A stretch of DNA of 64,000 bases, taken from Balanoglossus misakiensis. Its lineage: Eukaryota > Animalia > Hemichordata. Position 1 is the first letter of the stretch. Each line of letters starts with the position of its first letter. Location: the NCBI GenBank assembly GCA_040954595.2, contig CM082582.2, positions 8,981,483-9,045,482 on the forward strand. Direction: 5' to 3'. Shown here in pieces: positions 26,346 through 43,827 of this stretch. The notes below the pieces were generated by a model that worked only from the letters and a program-made list of their open reading frames with translations, was not told where the DNA came from and searched no databases. A program made the translations under genes and the position numbers.

Positions 26346-27395
26346 TAAAAATTACATTAAAGGAAGGCGTTGAACAGCATAGGGTAGTTTTAATGCATCG
26401 TCAAAAACAAGCATGTCGTGACTCATAAAAGAACACGATATGCATGCATCACTATTGAGGCTGTAAAATGCAAATACCATTTCCATTAGGGACGGAGGCG
26501 TTATCATTTACCAGTTGTTCAGGCTGTATTTGGGAATTAACGATTCACGCTATCATATCAGTTCTATCGTTTATGATTGGCTCTTTAATCTGCAGCGACA
26601 TCGTACTCCATTTCGCTGCTGAAATGGAAAGTTAATTATAACATAATAAAATATTCATATTCAATAAGTCGCGGCTGGCCTATTTTTTGTAGCCTAGGCT
26701 AGTCACACACACAGAGAGACGCAACGAATGCACCCGTGGGAAGGTGAAACAGAACACCAGCCCGCTGTTACCAGGAAACCCGCATGAATTCAAATGTAAC
26801 CACGCTCCCCAAGTACAAACTGTTGTGTAAACAGAACGACTTAAATTCTAGATGACGGCGGCAGCTGCGTGGCGGTCATAGATGTCCACTAACTCGGTTG
26901 TGTCTTTTGTTCTGGTGGAATTCTGTCCATAGAACTCACAGGTGAAGGTGTTCCCTAGAGAGAGGTTCGTCTTATTTCTCAAGCATTTTTTATTATTTTT
27001 CGGGGAAAGAAAACGCATTCCGACATTTTAGATACTCCTGCTCACCATTCCCATCAGGTATCCCGAAGGACACGCTAGTTTGAAGGGAGATATAGTGTGG
27101 TCAGTGTGTTTCAATAACCTCATACACACGTTGCACCTGTTAGCTATATAATGCCTCCACAATGCAAGGCTGACATTAACACCTGATATATTACATTCTT
27201 TTCTGCACCGGTGAATTTATAAGTGCATCACATAATCACTTTGAGTAACATGCTTCTATATCTAATGCGTGACCGTCCAAACCACTTCTGTCATCTCGTG
27301 GGTGTTCCATTTTTGTCTGCTCATGTGTAGGCTGTAGACTCGACGCATGTGGATGAACGGCGATCTGTACGTCAGCGAGAGAGACAAGCAAACAA

Positions 27396-31044
<3,649 letters not shown>

Positions 31045-33799
31045 CATTTACATGTCATTCAGTTCGTAGTTCTGTGACAAACACCCGTCGAGAAAATGAC
31101 CAAAATGACTCTGAGGAACGTGTCGATAAAGCTGCAAACTGTTTACGGACCCAGGCAGTTCGGTTTAATAGGTTTAGCGTCTGGAGCTGAAAGTTCTCCT
31201 CTCTTGAATGTTATTTCCCCTCGACCCTCCGCATGCCATCGATACCCTTTCGTCGAGACGTCGTCCCCGTCCCCTCTTCTCTCCCCCCCCCCCTCACGTT
31301 GTAAGGAAGTCATTCCTCTTGGATCCTTGTAGCAAATAGCCTGGCCTTCTATGTAAGCGTCTCGTTTCTCTAAGATAACATGCATGTAAATCGTTTATCG
31401 TGGTGTCGGCAAACTTTGCCAATGTTGTGGGTTCAGTCGTTTTATTGTAATATGTTGAAGGTCTACGTTAAAGTTGACACCCTCTCTAATATAGCAATTC
31501 ATCAGATTTTAATAAGATTGGTGCTGTGTATGTTAAGGGTATACACACACACACCTGGCAGACACACACACGTACATACTTATACATATTCCTGATAACT
31601 CTCCACTCTTTCGTAAATAACATTACATATAACATACCATGAACTCTCTACTAGGAATCGTGCCATTTTCTTTCCCTTTATCACACGTAAAGGCTTTTCC
31701 TTTCATTCCCTTGTTTCTCGTTTCCATGTGATAAGGCAAGTCAAGAGAGGAAGTGACGTCATACCAGCTTGTGAGGTTCTATTAATCAGAACTGTTGCGT
31801 TTATTACTAATCTGCGGTGAAATTGAACATTGTCAGCGCCTTACTAATATTAAACGCACGGAACGTCTGCTGATGATTGTTGTCATCTTCTTGTCAAACG
31901 TTAGGGGAGAACCATTTGATTTCTTGGGGTGGGGGATTTGGATATGTCGTCATTTGTAGCCACTATTACAGCATTTGTTTTCTTTTGCCAGTTCTTTTTT
32001 TCTCTCAAGGCATTGCAGAACAAATTGTTCCCTCTCACCATATGCAAACAATTCTCCCCCCCCCCACCAAAAAAATCCTCCTCCACGTATATACCCCCCA
32101 GAAATCAGATGGTTCTCTCCTTATTGCCGTTATGTTAAACTTAGCGAGCTCAGCACGTCACACACCCTGCTCACGAATCACACTGTCGAGGGTATTGGGG
32201 GTATTATTTGCTTGATAACATGTCACGTGATTTTGATAGATGGAGTTTTGCGAACCAATGTGCAGAAAGACGCATGTGTCAGTACAGCACAGCACGCTTA
32301 TGAAATATCGCTTTATTTATTCATGTGACGTGTTCATGTTAATATCTGTTAGTTGTTAGACTACTGTTATGAACTACTGAAGCTTGACTTTGCATGTAAA
32401 ATGAACTGTCCAGTATTTATTCTGCATTCTCTGATTATTCGAACATATTTTTTTTTCGTTTTTCGTGCAGTCAAGTTGACAATTTTGCGATTGTTCTCTC
32501 ACCTGCCTGTGAACTTGCCAGTACAAAAATGTATTTAGCTCAACTAACAAGTAAAGACGTTTTTACATTGTACGTTGAAGTCTTACACACCTACATGGGA
32601 TACACTTTTCACTAAGCAATACTGATTTGATTGGCCCAGAATTCTATCAACTTCCCAAGAATTTCCAATGCAATCTAATGTATTTACAAATTGATAATCG
32701 ACCGGGTCACAAAAACAATCGTGTCACTGATTCGATGGCAGTGACATGCCATACGTTGGGGACATATTTTACTGTCGCTTACATTTTAGTGAAAACAATT
32801 TTTTTCAAAACATTATTTGCCTGCACTTTACACGATTTTGAAGGTTTATATGGGGAAGAGTACTACGCATGCGTTAACTTTGTCGTAGTTCAATTTAGTG
32901 TCATGGTAGCCTTGGCAACTACTGCATGATCTCCCATCCAGGAATTTTCGCTGGTATGACTCTACGGAGTCTCTACCAGATGTAAAACCCTGCATTAGAC
33001 GAACAATAACACTGCAATCAACAGTAAATTGCCAATGTGTACTCATCTTCGAGTATCTGTCGTAGTTTTTCGTGCCCAATGTTTATACCAGGTATCGTCA
33101 TATTGATGCGATAGCCCGGCCGGGGAGGGAGGTTATTCTAAGGTTAAGGTTGACTTTAATGACCCCAACCATTAACCCATGACCCCTGACTATAATTATC
33201 GCAGCAAGGTAAACTAGGAGATGCAAGGTCACGTGGGGGTCAATATAAAGATGACAATTTTATTTTCTACTCAAACCAAACCCTGAACCACCAGGAATCG
33301 GAGTTCATTGAAAGGTTGCGGTGGATCGCATAAGGACACTTTTATTGAGACTATTAATGCTCCATTAGATGTGATTTTTGGTTACTTTCTAAAGGTTACA
33401 TTAGCATCTACTATACATATATAGTAAGGGGAACTAGATGCTCTGAACAAAAGTAACGAAAAACCCAAACGTTGTAGCAGATTTACGGACAGCTTGTTTG
33501 GGGCATTTTGAAAATTAAACAAAAAAAAGGTGCTAACCGTCCCAGTTTCAAAATATAATAGTTGTTCACCACCTCCACCCACCCCCGTAGTATTAATATG
33601 GCATTATAAATTTTATGTCATTTCATAGGCCATATGGGTGTATTATCCCCTCTAGTTTTTAATTTTCGTTGTTCAAACCCCCCTTAAACATGTTAAAGGA
33701 TGTACGATCGGTAAAATTGAAAATATTGTCATTTCTTTTAACTGTAATTTTTGGATTCTCCTTTATAAGTATAATAAATATATAGATATACAACTGAAA

Positions 33800-33815
33800 T
33801 GTTGTTGTTATTATT

Positions 33816-33858
<43 letters not shown>

Positions 33859-33876
33859 CTGCTGCTGCTGCTGCTG
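33800..33876. repeat. Compound trinucleotide repeat (GTT)n(ATT)n(GTT)n(GCT)n upstream of the SDR gene
   Basis: Read directly. Confidence 0.92.
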
Positions 33877-34107
33877 GAAAACTATCAAATTGTCCACCCC
33901 TATGCCTAAGGTTCACGTTTAATTTTAAGGTCACCATCTCCAGAGGTCACCGTTAGTGTTGCTGTTTACGAATGTTGTGTAGGAATAAAGCATGGACGTG
34001 TGTTCCGTCCATGGAATAAAGTGACTTCAACTCATATGCATTGCCGTCGAAGGGAGATTCCTTGATCTTGGCTTTTTTATAGGCGTGGAAACTTCATCAA
34101 GTTGACG

Positions 34108-35596
34108 ATGAATGCCGCCAAGATTTTGATTATTCTCCCATGTCTGGCCTTCAAGTTTGCCAGTAGTACAGAGCCAGTCGAAACCCGGAAGTCGCCGAGC
34201 GATCAACGTGTACTTGTCTTCGGTGGGAACGGGTTCATAGGGGCGGAAACAGTGGTATCCCTGGTTTCCGAAGGCTACCAGGTAACTATAGTGAACAGGG
34301 GCAACTGGTACTGGGACTCTGTAACGCGAATAAAACCCCACGTCACCGAAGTCATGTGTGACCGATCGATTGACCTGCTGAGGTGCGACAGCTTCCGTCG
34401 ATTGGGTGTCAAGAAGTTTGATTTTACAGTAGACTTCAGTGGTTACCGGGGTTACCAAGTTGAGAAGACGGTAAGAGCGCTGAAAGGGCTAGTCGATCTC
34501 TACATCTACATAAGCACAGATTCTGTGTACGAGGTTTGTTCCGGAAATGAGCATGATGGTCGAACGAAGGAGACGGATGCCGTCAGACCAAATTCTACAA
34601 GTCAACAAAAGAAATTGAACGAGCTAGACGAATACGGCCATGAAAAGCTACGCGGGGAAGAAATCCTACGTGAACAACGCCGCAAGCCCGATGGTATTCC
34701 GTACGTGATCCTGCGGTTACCCGACGTCATAGGGCCCAGGGACAGGACTCTACGCTGGTGGTTCTATCAGCTCTGGGTGCGAACGTTTTCAGCGCTCGAA
34801 ACGCCGATTTACGTCCCACAAAAGTTATCAGGCGTCCAACTGAGTTTCGTGCACGTTCAAGACGTGGCAAAGGTTGTCGTAGAACTTATGAAATCCGGCG
34901 ATAAAGTGCACGACCAGGCCTTTAACATTGCATATGACGAAAACCCAACTCTGGCAACGGTTTTAAAAGAGATTGGGGCTGCACTGAACCCCGCAGAAAC
35001 TCCCTTATTCGACATCGGAGACTTTGGAAACAGGTTCTACTTGTACCCATCAGTAAAAAGAGGCCCGGTCGATACTACAAAAGTCAAGTCATTCCTCACC
35101 TGGAGACCTCCGCCGTGGAAGGAAAGGATTCGACAAGACGTTGAATTCTATGAAACGGCCATGAAATTGAGAAGCGTTCCTTACGAGATTTCTGATTTAC
35201 TAGAACGGTTCATGTCAGCTCTGGTTCCAGATTCAAAGTTGACAAGTTTTGCAGAGAGGCTTACCAATCTTTACGGCCCTGGGATAGAAGAATTGATTCC
35301 GGACTTACAAAGTTACACAGGTAAGATTTGAGAAAGACTGCTTTGAAAATGAATTACATTTCGTACAAGTGACACTCCGCTGTGGACAGCGCCCTCAAGT
35401 GGTGAAAGGGTAAAAAACTTGCAGGGCATTGCGTGTCAGAAATCGGTGTTTTAAATTAATTTCATTTCGCTAAACCTACAATAGTGATATTGTAAATGAA
35501 TGTTCACATCCACTTGCATTCTCGGACCGTTAACCACAATATCTCACTTACTGCATTTCTCATTTTCCCCTAGGTAATCGAAGGGATGAACTTTAA
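34108..35596 (+). CDS. Extended/atypical SDR (NAD(P)-dependent epimerase/dehydratase fold) with signal peptide and C-terminal RDEL, about 411 aa, 2 coding exons
   Basis: Exon 34108-35320 (MNAAKILIILPCLAFKFASS signal peptide; Rossmann VLVFGGNGFIG; YIYISTDSVY; YGHEK YxxxK; ILRLPDVIGP; FVHVQDVA). Donor ACAG/gtaaga, acceptor ttttcccctag at 35573, last exon 35574-35596 gives G-N-R-R-D-E-L-stop. A polypyrimidine-AG at 34082 suggests an upstream 5'UTR exon. Confidence 0.9.
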
Positions 35597-35729
35597 GACA
35601 ACAAAATGAAAGTTCGAACATCTGGAGTGACATGATGCAAGACCGCTTTCATTCACCACACAGCCCATACTAGTGTTCTAATGTAAAACACAACATAATT
35701 CAATGAACAGAAAGTTTTAATAAGCTTCA

Positions 35730-35735
35730 AATAAA
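35730..35735 (+). promoter_or_regulatory. Candidate polyadenylation signal of the SDR gene
   Basis: AATAAA about 135 nt after the RDEL stop, followed by GU-rich sequence; supports the micro-exon being the terminal exon. Confidence 0.55.
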
Positions 35736-38130
35736 TCTGTTGTATGTTTAAAAGTCATCTTACTCAAAAACAGGCTATTTCAAAGCCAATTTGGACTTTG
35801 TGTGAAATTGGTAACTTGTAATATATGAAGTAAACTCGTGTATCTATTGGCTTACATTTACTCCAATTCTTGTAATTATTAGATCCCCTGTATACCTGGA
35901 TGTAATTTACTTCTGAAACACGTTCAGTTGGAGAATGCTACAGTTACAGGCATTATGGCTCACACAAAATTTCACAGGAATAACTTTAGTGAAAACAAAA
36001 CTGCATAACGGAAATGTTTTTACTTTTAAAACCACACCAGAATTCGGAAAGCACGGCCACTTAACTGTACTGTCAAAGTTGGTATTCTTGTTTAGCTGGT
36101 ATCTGATTCTAGCATCTGAAAAGTTCAAATTGCCAATCACCTGTCCTCGTCATTCACACACAACCCATACTTTTTCTGGAGTAACTTTTCCAATAGCTGT
36201 CACTGCTGGATAATATTCAAAGTAGATGTCACTGCTGGATACTTTCCAAAGTATTTTATAGAGTAGAAGTCATTGTTTTTGTTTTAGTTTTAAACAAATG
36301 CATGCACACACCAAGAACCCCTCCACCCCAACCCCACCAATGGATCAGCCAGCTCAAGCCATAAGCATATACCTTTGCGCTACACATGTTGAACCCATGT
36401 CCACATCTATACCCTGACCAGTGTTGTGCATAAATAATTATGTCCATAAATATATTTTTCGTAGAAATCAGGTCATGCAAACATCCAGGAATGGACAAAG
36501 CTAACATGGTATGAACCTAATTTATTCCAATCCTAAGTCTGGATGGCCTTACGGCAAAGGTTAAAGCGGAAATCTGACCATGCTAGTTGGATTAAAAGCA
36601 AGGACTAGACTACTTGGTTAAGATGACGGCCCACCAGTTGGACAAACCAGATGAATTCTCTGTACACAAATACTAGCTAAACAATCCAACAAGGAAAGAT
36701 TCAAATATTTGCCAGATATCTCATGAAGACAAGAGTCCACCTTGTATGCTGGCTGACCATTATACTCTCTCCTTCCTTCCTTCCTACAAAGAATTTCAAC
36801 TTCTTTTTTATTTCGATTCTGTTTGTGCAACACATACTAACCTATAAGGTTAAATGATCGTATTTCAATACTACCCAGCTCTCACTGTATTGCAAAGGCG
36901 GAATTTTGCTCTAACCACATGACCAGCATGAATTAATGAATAAGGGGGTCATGTACACTGTAACTCATTGTTTTTCAACTCTCTTTCTTTTCCTATATAC
37001 TTCTAACTACAAGAATTATTTTATGAGAAAACTGACAATGCTTTTGAGGTGAGGTGGGATCTGGGTGGGGGTTAAAGGAATAGAAGTTTGAAAATATGAC
37101 ACTACTGCTGCTCCAAGAGAGATTGGCTAATTATCTCGAGTAACAAGCTAATAAAAATCTCACAATATAAAACTTGTGAGGTTACACCAGCATTATCTGC
37201 CATCAACTGTGTATGAAATGCACTCAGTGTTAAAACCTACGATATTTTTTAATGCAGCATGCATGTACAAGTTGCATCTTCCAAACACTACCTGCCAGTA
37301 CACAACCGACTCCTTTTGGTGTATGTGTTCCCTAGAGATTTTCCCCAATATTTTAACTTATTTTACACTCTTCACTTCATATCCACACCCTTAATGCTTT
37401 TCGTTAAAATTATTAATTAGCCCGCCCTACCTGTAACCAATACCGATTCTGTGCCAAGCACACAGTTCCCAGAATTAAATAATAACATCTCTATACATTT
37501 AAACCAAGAACTCCATTTTTTTGTTAATTTTAACGTGGCACTTTCTTTATGCAAAAACATACAAGTTTTTTTCCCAGGGCTCAAAGAATCACAGTATTCT
37601 TAACTTCTACATAACATATACTCTTAAAAGTGGAATTAAATTTAACCCGACTAACTATAAGGAAAACTGTAATGACCAGTACAGCTCCCTCCTCTGAAAG
37701 GGGAAGCTGACTGTAGGTAAGAGAACAATCAACTCTGGATTTAACATTATCTAAACACTTGAACTAGCTTCACATGGATCCTAATCTATTTTGAAAACTT
37801 CTGTAAATTGTAACTGTACTGACTCCTCAACGTACACTTTAATAGATATCGAAATGAGAATGGTTAATCTTTTTTTTTACACAACGGCAATCTATGCATA
37901 TAAGAATTGGGGATTTTGATTGCAAGGAAGCATGAGATATCCCAGGCCAAGCGCAGGGAGGTCTTGTTGGTTACTTGTAATCTTTTCTGGTAGCAAAACA
38001 TTTACAGTTATTTGTATCAATGCTGTGGAAATGGATGAAGCCACCAGCTGTGCAGGGGGGAAAAAAAAGATCTATTTGCATATTTTTCTCGCTCAAAATT
38101 TCTAAGACAGACAACAGGGGGCAAGTAATT

Positions 38131-41100
38131 TTACAGCACAAATTTGCCAAGGACAATACCGAAGAAGACAGCTAAAACTAAATAGAGAATCGGGGGGAAG
38201 CCTGTTGCTTGCTGTTGCTTTACTAGATGTGGGTTGAAACTATCTTCGTCAGAAGATGCCGTTCTGCGTTGACGCACGCCATCGTCCTGCAAAAGACAAT
38301 GCACAATTCAGTTGAAAACAAATAGTTTGCTTTTATACACTGATAGCAAGTGATAAACTAGGGACTGGCTGTTGTATCAGCTGGACAATCCCTGCACATA
38401 ACAGTACCGGTCAGTACAAAATAACCAGCAAACACTAAGCAGCTAACACACACTCTTACCCTTAGAACCGTGTTTTCTTGTTTAAGATGGTTGACTTCAG
38501 ACTGCAATCGCTTACACTCCTCCATGACTCGGCGGTAGTCCGGTTCCGATATGTTGCTGGGTTTCGCCACGCTTTGCACTCTGGCCTCTGTCGCCTTGAT
38601 GTTTGGTTTTGTCTGCGTGTCCTTTCCACCCTGATATTTGTTAGAATCCAGATCATTCTGTCAGACATAGCAAGTTAACAAAACCCAAATTAACCCACAT
38701 GGAAGTGAAAACAAGAAGACAGGATAGGGAGGTGACCAACTACAAAAATATTGAAATAAAATGAAGAACATGCAGCTGTCTATTAAGGGATGCTTTCACA
38801 ATATTCTGGCTACCAGAGAACTCCCAGACCTCGTGCCGAAGTTTCGACTGTTTTGGACACCAAATAATGTAGGTATCATTCACTGCAATAAATGCCAAAT
38901 TAACTGGCATATTATTCTTAAAAAGCCTACATAGTGTACATACAATACACAGGCAGTCTTAGAACATTCTGGTTGTAATTTCTCACTACATATACTATAC
39001 CAGCAAAAAACACCACCACCAGACTGCTCTATACTGCATGACTATAATTAGAAATGTAATGGAGCAGTATGTATATGTACACACAGGCTGATTTCATCCT
39101 CATTATGAAAACCGTGCAACCTGTATACAGTCAGAGCGATCGTGTTGTTTCATGTTTTTCAACTCCATCCATATGTAGTACATCATCATGAAGTTGCTGA
39201 ACAGTTTTCGTAAAGTGGAAAAATATCTCATTACACCACAGCCATACGTCACTTTTTTAATAGTTCTGATATTTTTTATTGGTTGAAAATTACATTTATG
39301 CATGCAAAACTCTCACACAAGGCACGACCCAGTTTGATGAACAACACAGTGTCAGTGGAAACCTATAAAATATGATCATGTGATTGTACTCCAGAACACT
39401 TCAACAGCATGCTTATCTCTAAATTTCTAAGGCATCTCTAAATCACTTGACCAGAGCCACACACATGTATCATGCATACATCTGTCCCCTTAATGTCTAC
39501 CTACACCTAAGGTCCAACAGCCAAAGTGAAGATTCAATTACTGATCATTCATGAAGTCAAAACTGATTGTATGAAAGTAGCATGATGCGGGCAAAAGCTG
39601 TGTGGCACATTCAAGGGGTGACATACGAAGGAATAATCCAAAATAAAATCTAAAACCACGTGCTAGGTTAGTATTAAAGTGACAACGGATATGATAATAT
39701 GCACAGCTTGGCTCTTGCCTACCTGTTGTTGCGAGTCCACTGGCAGTTCAAATACACACTTCAGCTTGGAATCCATCAAATCTGAACTACTGGCATCTTT
39801 CCACTACAAAGAAATTTACAGCAATAAACACTACTGTGAGATTAGGTTAGCAACACTACAACAAGCCCCTCTACAGAAAATGCTACAAGCCCTCTACAAA
39901 TAGCTCTCTCAAGTCTCATCTTAACATGTCATTTATGACATTATTCACATGCATTATACTTTTACAAGCGCCAACGTACTCTGCATATACTTGATGTGTC
40001 AACAAAGATATGCAGTATATTGCAAACTTTTCTTTTTTCTTCTTTTTTTATCTGAGTGACGGCGTGGAAGTATCAAAATGGTCTTGATCCTATTGCTTCT
40101 GTGACAAGTGACTTTCCGACAGGGAAAATATAGGTGATGAGCAATGGAAGTAAGATGTACCATTACAGTTATGGGTGGGGTACCCAGATAAATGTCACCA
40201 GGATTGCCCAGACATTTCACCAGAGTTCCCCTTGCTATATAACAATGCAGTCCAACCTCAGCAAAAAGCACTGAAGTACCAGTAGCATGTCAAACTCAAA
40301 GCAACTGTGACGTGATGTATAATAATGAACAGAAACAATGTGAAATGAATTATTCAATGTTTCTGATTTTGACAAATTGACAAATTTGTGGTCGTGCGAG
40401 AAATAGAATCTCACACACCAAGGTCCTGAGATAAGATTTCCTACACTCAACTGGGATATTATGTCTCACACTTGCTGCAAGGAATGAAGCATGTGTACCA
40501 CTGTGTGAAGAAGTAAAATGAGAGCCTTGGTAATTACCAAGGTGCGATCTGCCAAAATCGCCCACTCGTGTGAATAGAATGATGTATTGTGAAAATATGA
40601 ATCCTACAGTGTATTGCACTAGACTTGAATTACGCTGCAGAAGAGATGGTCAGTGAACAAAATACAAAACATTTTCAAATAGGGATGTCAAATTGCAGGC
40701 ATTTCACATCTTGAGAATACATCTGAAGTCTTGATGAATTACCCAGAAGGACAGACAGTCAAGACTTGTTTTCAATCAGCTCTGGAAACTCGTAAATGCG
40801 GTCAGTATGTTTAGAAGAATGACTTCAGACCCACACACACATGGTGACACACACACACACATAAGGATACTTACAATTGTCTCTTGATCGATATCTCCAG
40901 GCGGCGCATACATTGTTTGTACCATAAATTTGTGCTTATTCTTCTCATTGGGATCATAGTCAAAAGGCTGCAGCATCACTGAAAATAAAATGAAAAAGAA
41001 CAGTCATTCAAAAATTATTTCAGGCTATTCATAGTTCAATGTTTAACAATCAATTTAACAACCAATTATTGACAAATAGCCTTTTAGCTCTTATGGCACT

Positions 41101-42742
41101 GTCAAGTCTAATCGAGCAATTTGAGCAGTAAACCACTTTCTTTTCCATGATTATTGCCATGTGACTATATTTGATTATGAATCACTCTTTAAGAAAATGT
41201 TTACTTTCTCTTTTTTTAATTTGACAAGCACCCTCCCCTCCCCCAAAGTTTAAAGTTGTGAAATAAAACAATACGTACCAGAAACAGTTAATGATGATTT
41301 GCTGTCAACGATGCCACTGTTTGGCCTTACACAGTACCTCCTTGGTGCCGTTGTCTTGATTTTGAAACATATCCTTTTATCTGTAGGATTGGTTAGTTTG
41401 AGATTTGATGAAACAACATCCGTAAAAGGACCTACAAAAGAAAAAAAAGCAACATATTAGAGATATAAGTATGTAATCCTTACACTGTAAAAGTCTTGAA
41501 GCCAAAATAAGCTTAGGACATTTTACACTAATCACATTCATCAAAACAATTATGGTTGTTAAGACTTATGAGATCATCAATATATCTGTGGGTCAGGGTG
41601 TTCTTTAAAACACTTGGCAGTTCCAGGGCAATAAACTTTTTAATGGGTCCAAGTCCAAAAGACACTACTAGTCTACTGGGTATGTCTCAGAGGAAATCGA
41701 TATAAATACTAAAATTTAGAAATTGAATTTTCCAAAAGGTCGAATTTCCAGATTTACATTATAAACATTTATCAACTCTGATGTCTCTATGGTTCATTGT
41801 TTTTCTATCATCAACAAAAATCTTTGGATGAACACGCAACCCTGACCTTTAGACTGGAGGTTGATAGGTATATATGATATCAACTGACAGTCTTACTGAT
41901 GACTTCCACATAGGTTGATGGCCAAATAATATGCTATTGTGTTTTGTTGTACATATTACAATAGGATTATGATAACATATTATTCTGGCACACAATTACA
42001 GCTGTATACTATTTACTCTAGTTTTGAAGGGAGTGTGCAAATACTATAGAGAATTGTTCGTTTCAATAGAATTATCCTGTGTAAAATTTGACAGTTGAGC
42101 ACTTATCTCGTTGTATTAACTGACGAAACATTTCTTTTACATACACAGAACTTAAGAGTTACACAAACCAAATTCACCCTCATTATTCGGGGGCTCACCA
42201 AAAATTACCGGTACATACTATACCACAAGAGCTGCCATCATGATCAGATCTACATTACATGTGCAACTTAAAATATTTGTAGTCACGACATTGGCAGTAA
42301 TTATAGAGTAATCGTCATTTCGATTACTTGTGTGATTGTTTTGATCAAATCTGAGTTAACACAATGATGACAGACATGAAATAGGTATTCGTACTTTTGC
42401 CAGTCATGTCTATTTCGGAAGCTCCATATTTTGATAATCACAGAAATTATGAGTTTAATACATGTTACTGTATCAGACTGATTATTACGATGGGACGGAA
42501 AGCGTGTGACACCTTGTGAAGGGCAACCACATACATTTTTCGACCAAAGTATGATGAAGAAAACTTGAGCTGAAATATTTTAATCACACTTGGCCATATA
42601 CGTAGACGATTCTGAATCTGATGAGTTCCAATATGGCGGACACGGTCACGATACTGCATCATTTGCAACATTCTCAACACTCACCTCTAAACCTTAGCTC
42701 TGTGCTAGGTTCTAATTCCATCACTTGCTCATTCTTCGACAT
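38131..42742 (-). CDS. VAPA/VAPB: Vesicle-associated membrane protein-associated protein (VAP; MSP domain, coiled coil, C-terminal TM), 240 aa, 6 exons
   Basis: Minus-strand exons 42742-42685, 41431-41279, 40978-40875, 39803-39723, 38630-38460, 38286-38131; total 723 nt. [26 protein letters not shown]; VAP signature [18 protein letters not shown]; [20 protein letters not shown]; [13 protein letters not shown]; coiled coil [18 protein letters not shown]; [21 protein letters not shown] with GxxxG. Confidence 0.97.
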
Positions 42743-42819
42743 ATCTAAAACTAATGCAACTGCAATTCAGGTTAGTTGAGTAATATGTTTAAAATTATTG
42801 GGTTTTGAAAACCCTTCAC

Positions 42820-42882
42820 GGATCTCGCGACGACGCCCGAAATCGAGGCTTGCTCGAAATGATGACGTAGCCATCTCGCAAG
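42820..42882 (-). promoter_or_regulatory. Probable VAP proximal promoter
   Basis: CpG-rich patch 80-140 bp upstream of the VAP ATG with TCTCGCGA (42823-42830), TGACGT (42863-42868) and a second TCTCGC. These motifs are typical of housekeeping promoters. Confidence 0.5.
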
Positions 42883-43827
42883 GCCCGATGGGAAAATATC
42901 CCACTTAAAACGCAAGCAAGTTCATACTGGTAGATTCTATAGCTTGGGTTCCGGAGTGCAGAAGTTCCTTTAGCTTTTAAGGCAACATTCTGTAGTTCTG
43001 CAGGTTGTTGCTCTCTTGAGGGTGCGCTATGGCGCTAGTTGCGTTTGAAAAGCTTGTAGCACAGGTCATTCCCACCTGTGCAGCGGGACGCCACCAACGG
43101 CTACTACATACGTATGTCGGTGATTCAGTGTGTGGATAAACTTGGTACACTGATGCATGATGTCCGGGTACATGTAGTACTATACATGAACAGAACATGT
43201 TGTAATTCATTTGTTGAGAATTGGCTTCAGGTGGATAAGAAACTACAAAGCGCCTAGCTTACTGTTTTGCATTGATTTGTATTTTTCAATAATCCACCAA
43301 TAAACAAACTTTCAAAAACAGTTTTACCAATTTTATCCCAATAATACTTGACCAACGGACTAAACTTGCTGAATCCCTATCATTCAATCCCCCCTCAATG
43401 TTCCAATCTCCCCCAAGGAAAGCACGGGGTACTTCGATCAGCGTTTTTTCCGTGCTGTGCTGTGTGGATCATATCTCCCTTCGACCTCCGCACTTCAATC
43501 TCCCCTTCTTCACGGAGAAGCCATTCCACGCCAATTGATCTGTATCTGGCATTGAAATCATTAAAATCACAAGGCAAAATCTTGAGTGGAACTCGTTCAT
43601 CATGGAAGTAGAAACGATTTGACAACATAGAGTGACTTGACTTTGCTGCATTCAAGTTCTAAAAACGCAGTATTCACAATGAGAATGCCCTTGCCTAAGG
43701 GCCATCGAAATAAACGGTCTGACTTCAGAACCCATTAAAGTACTCGGTGAGTTTTACGGCAATTTACGGTCTGCACAGTGAATATTTTTGTATTCGAAAT
43801 GTCCTATGAAAATCACACTTCCTACGT

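Noticed and set aside
25940-26428. ORFs with YNTIQ/YCIVL repeats
   Set aside because: They are translations of the (AATAC)n microsatellite.
34102-35331. SDR as an intronless bacterial contaminant or recent horizontal transfer
   Set aside because: It has a spliceosomal intron, a signal peptide, RDEL and a polyA signal. An ancient transfer cannot be judged without a phylogeny.
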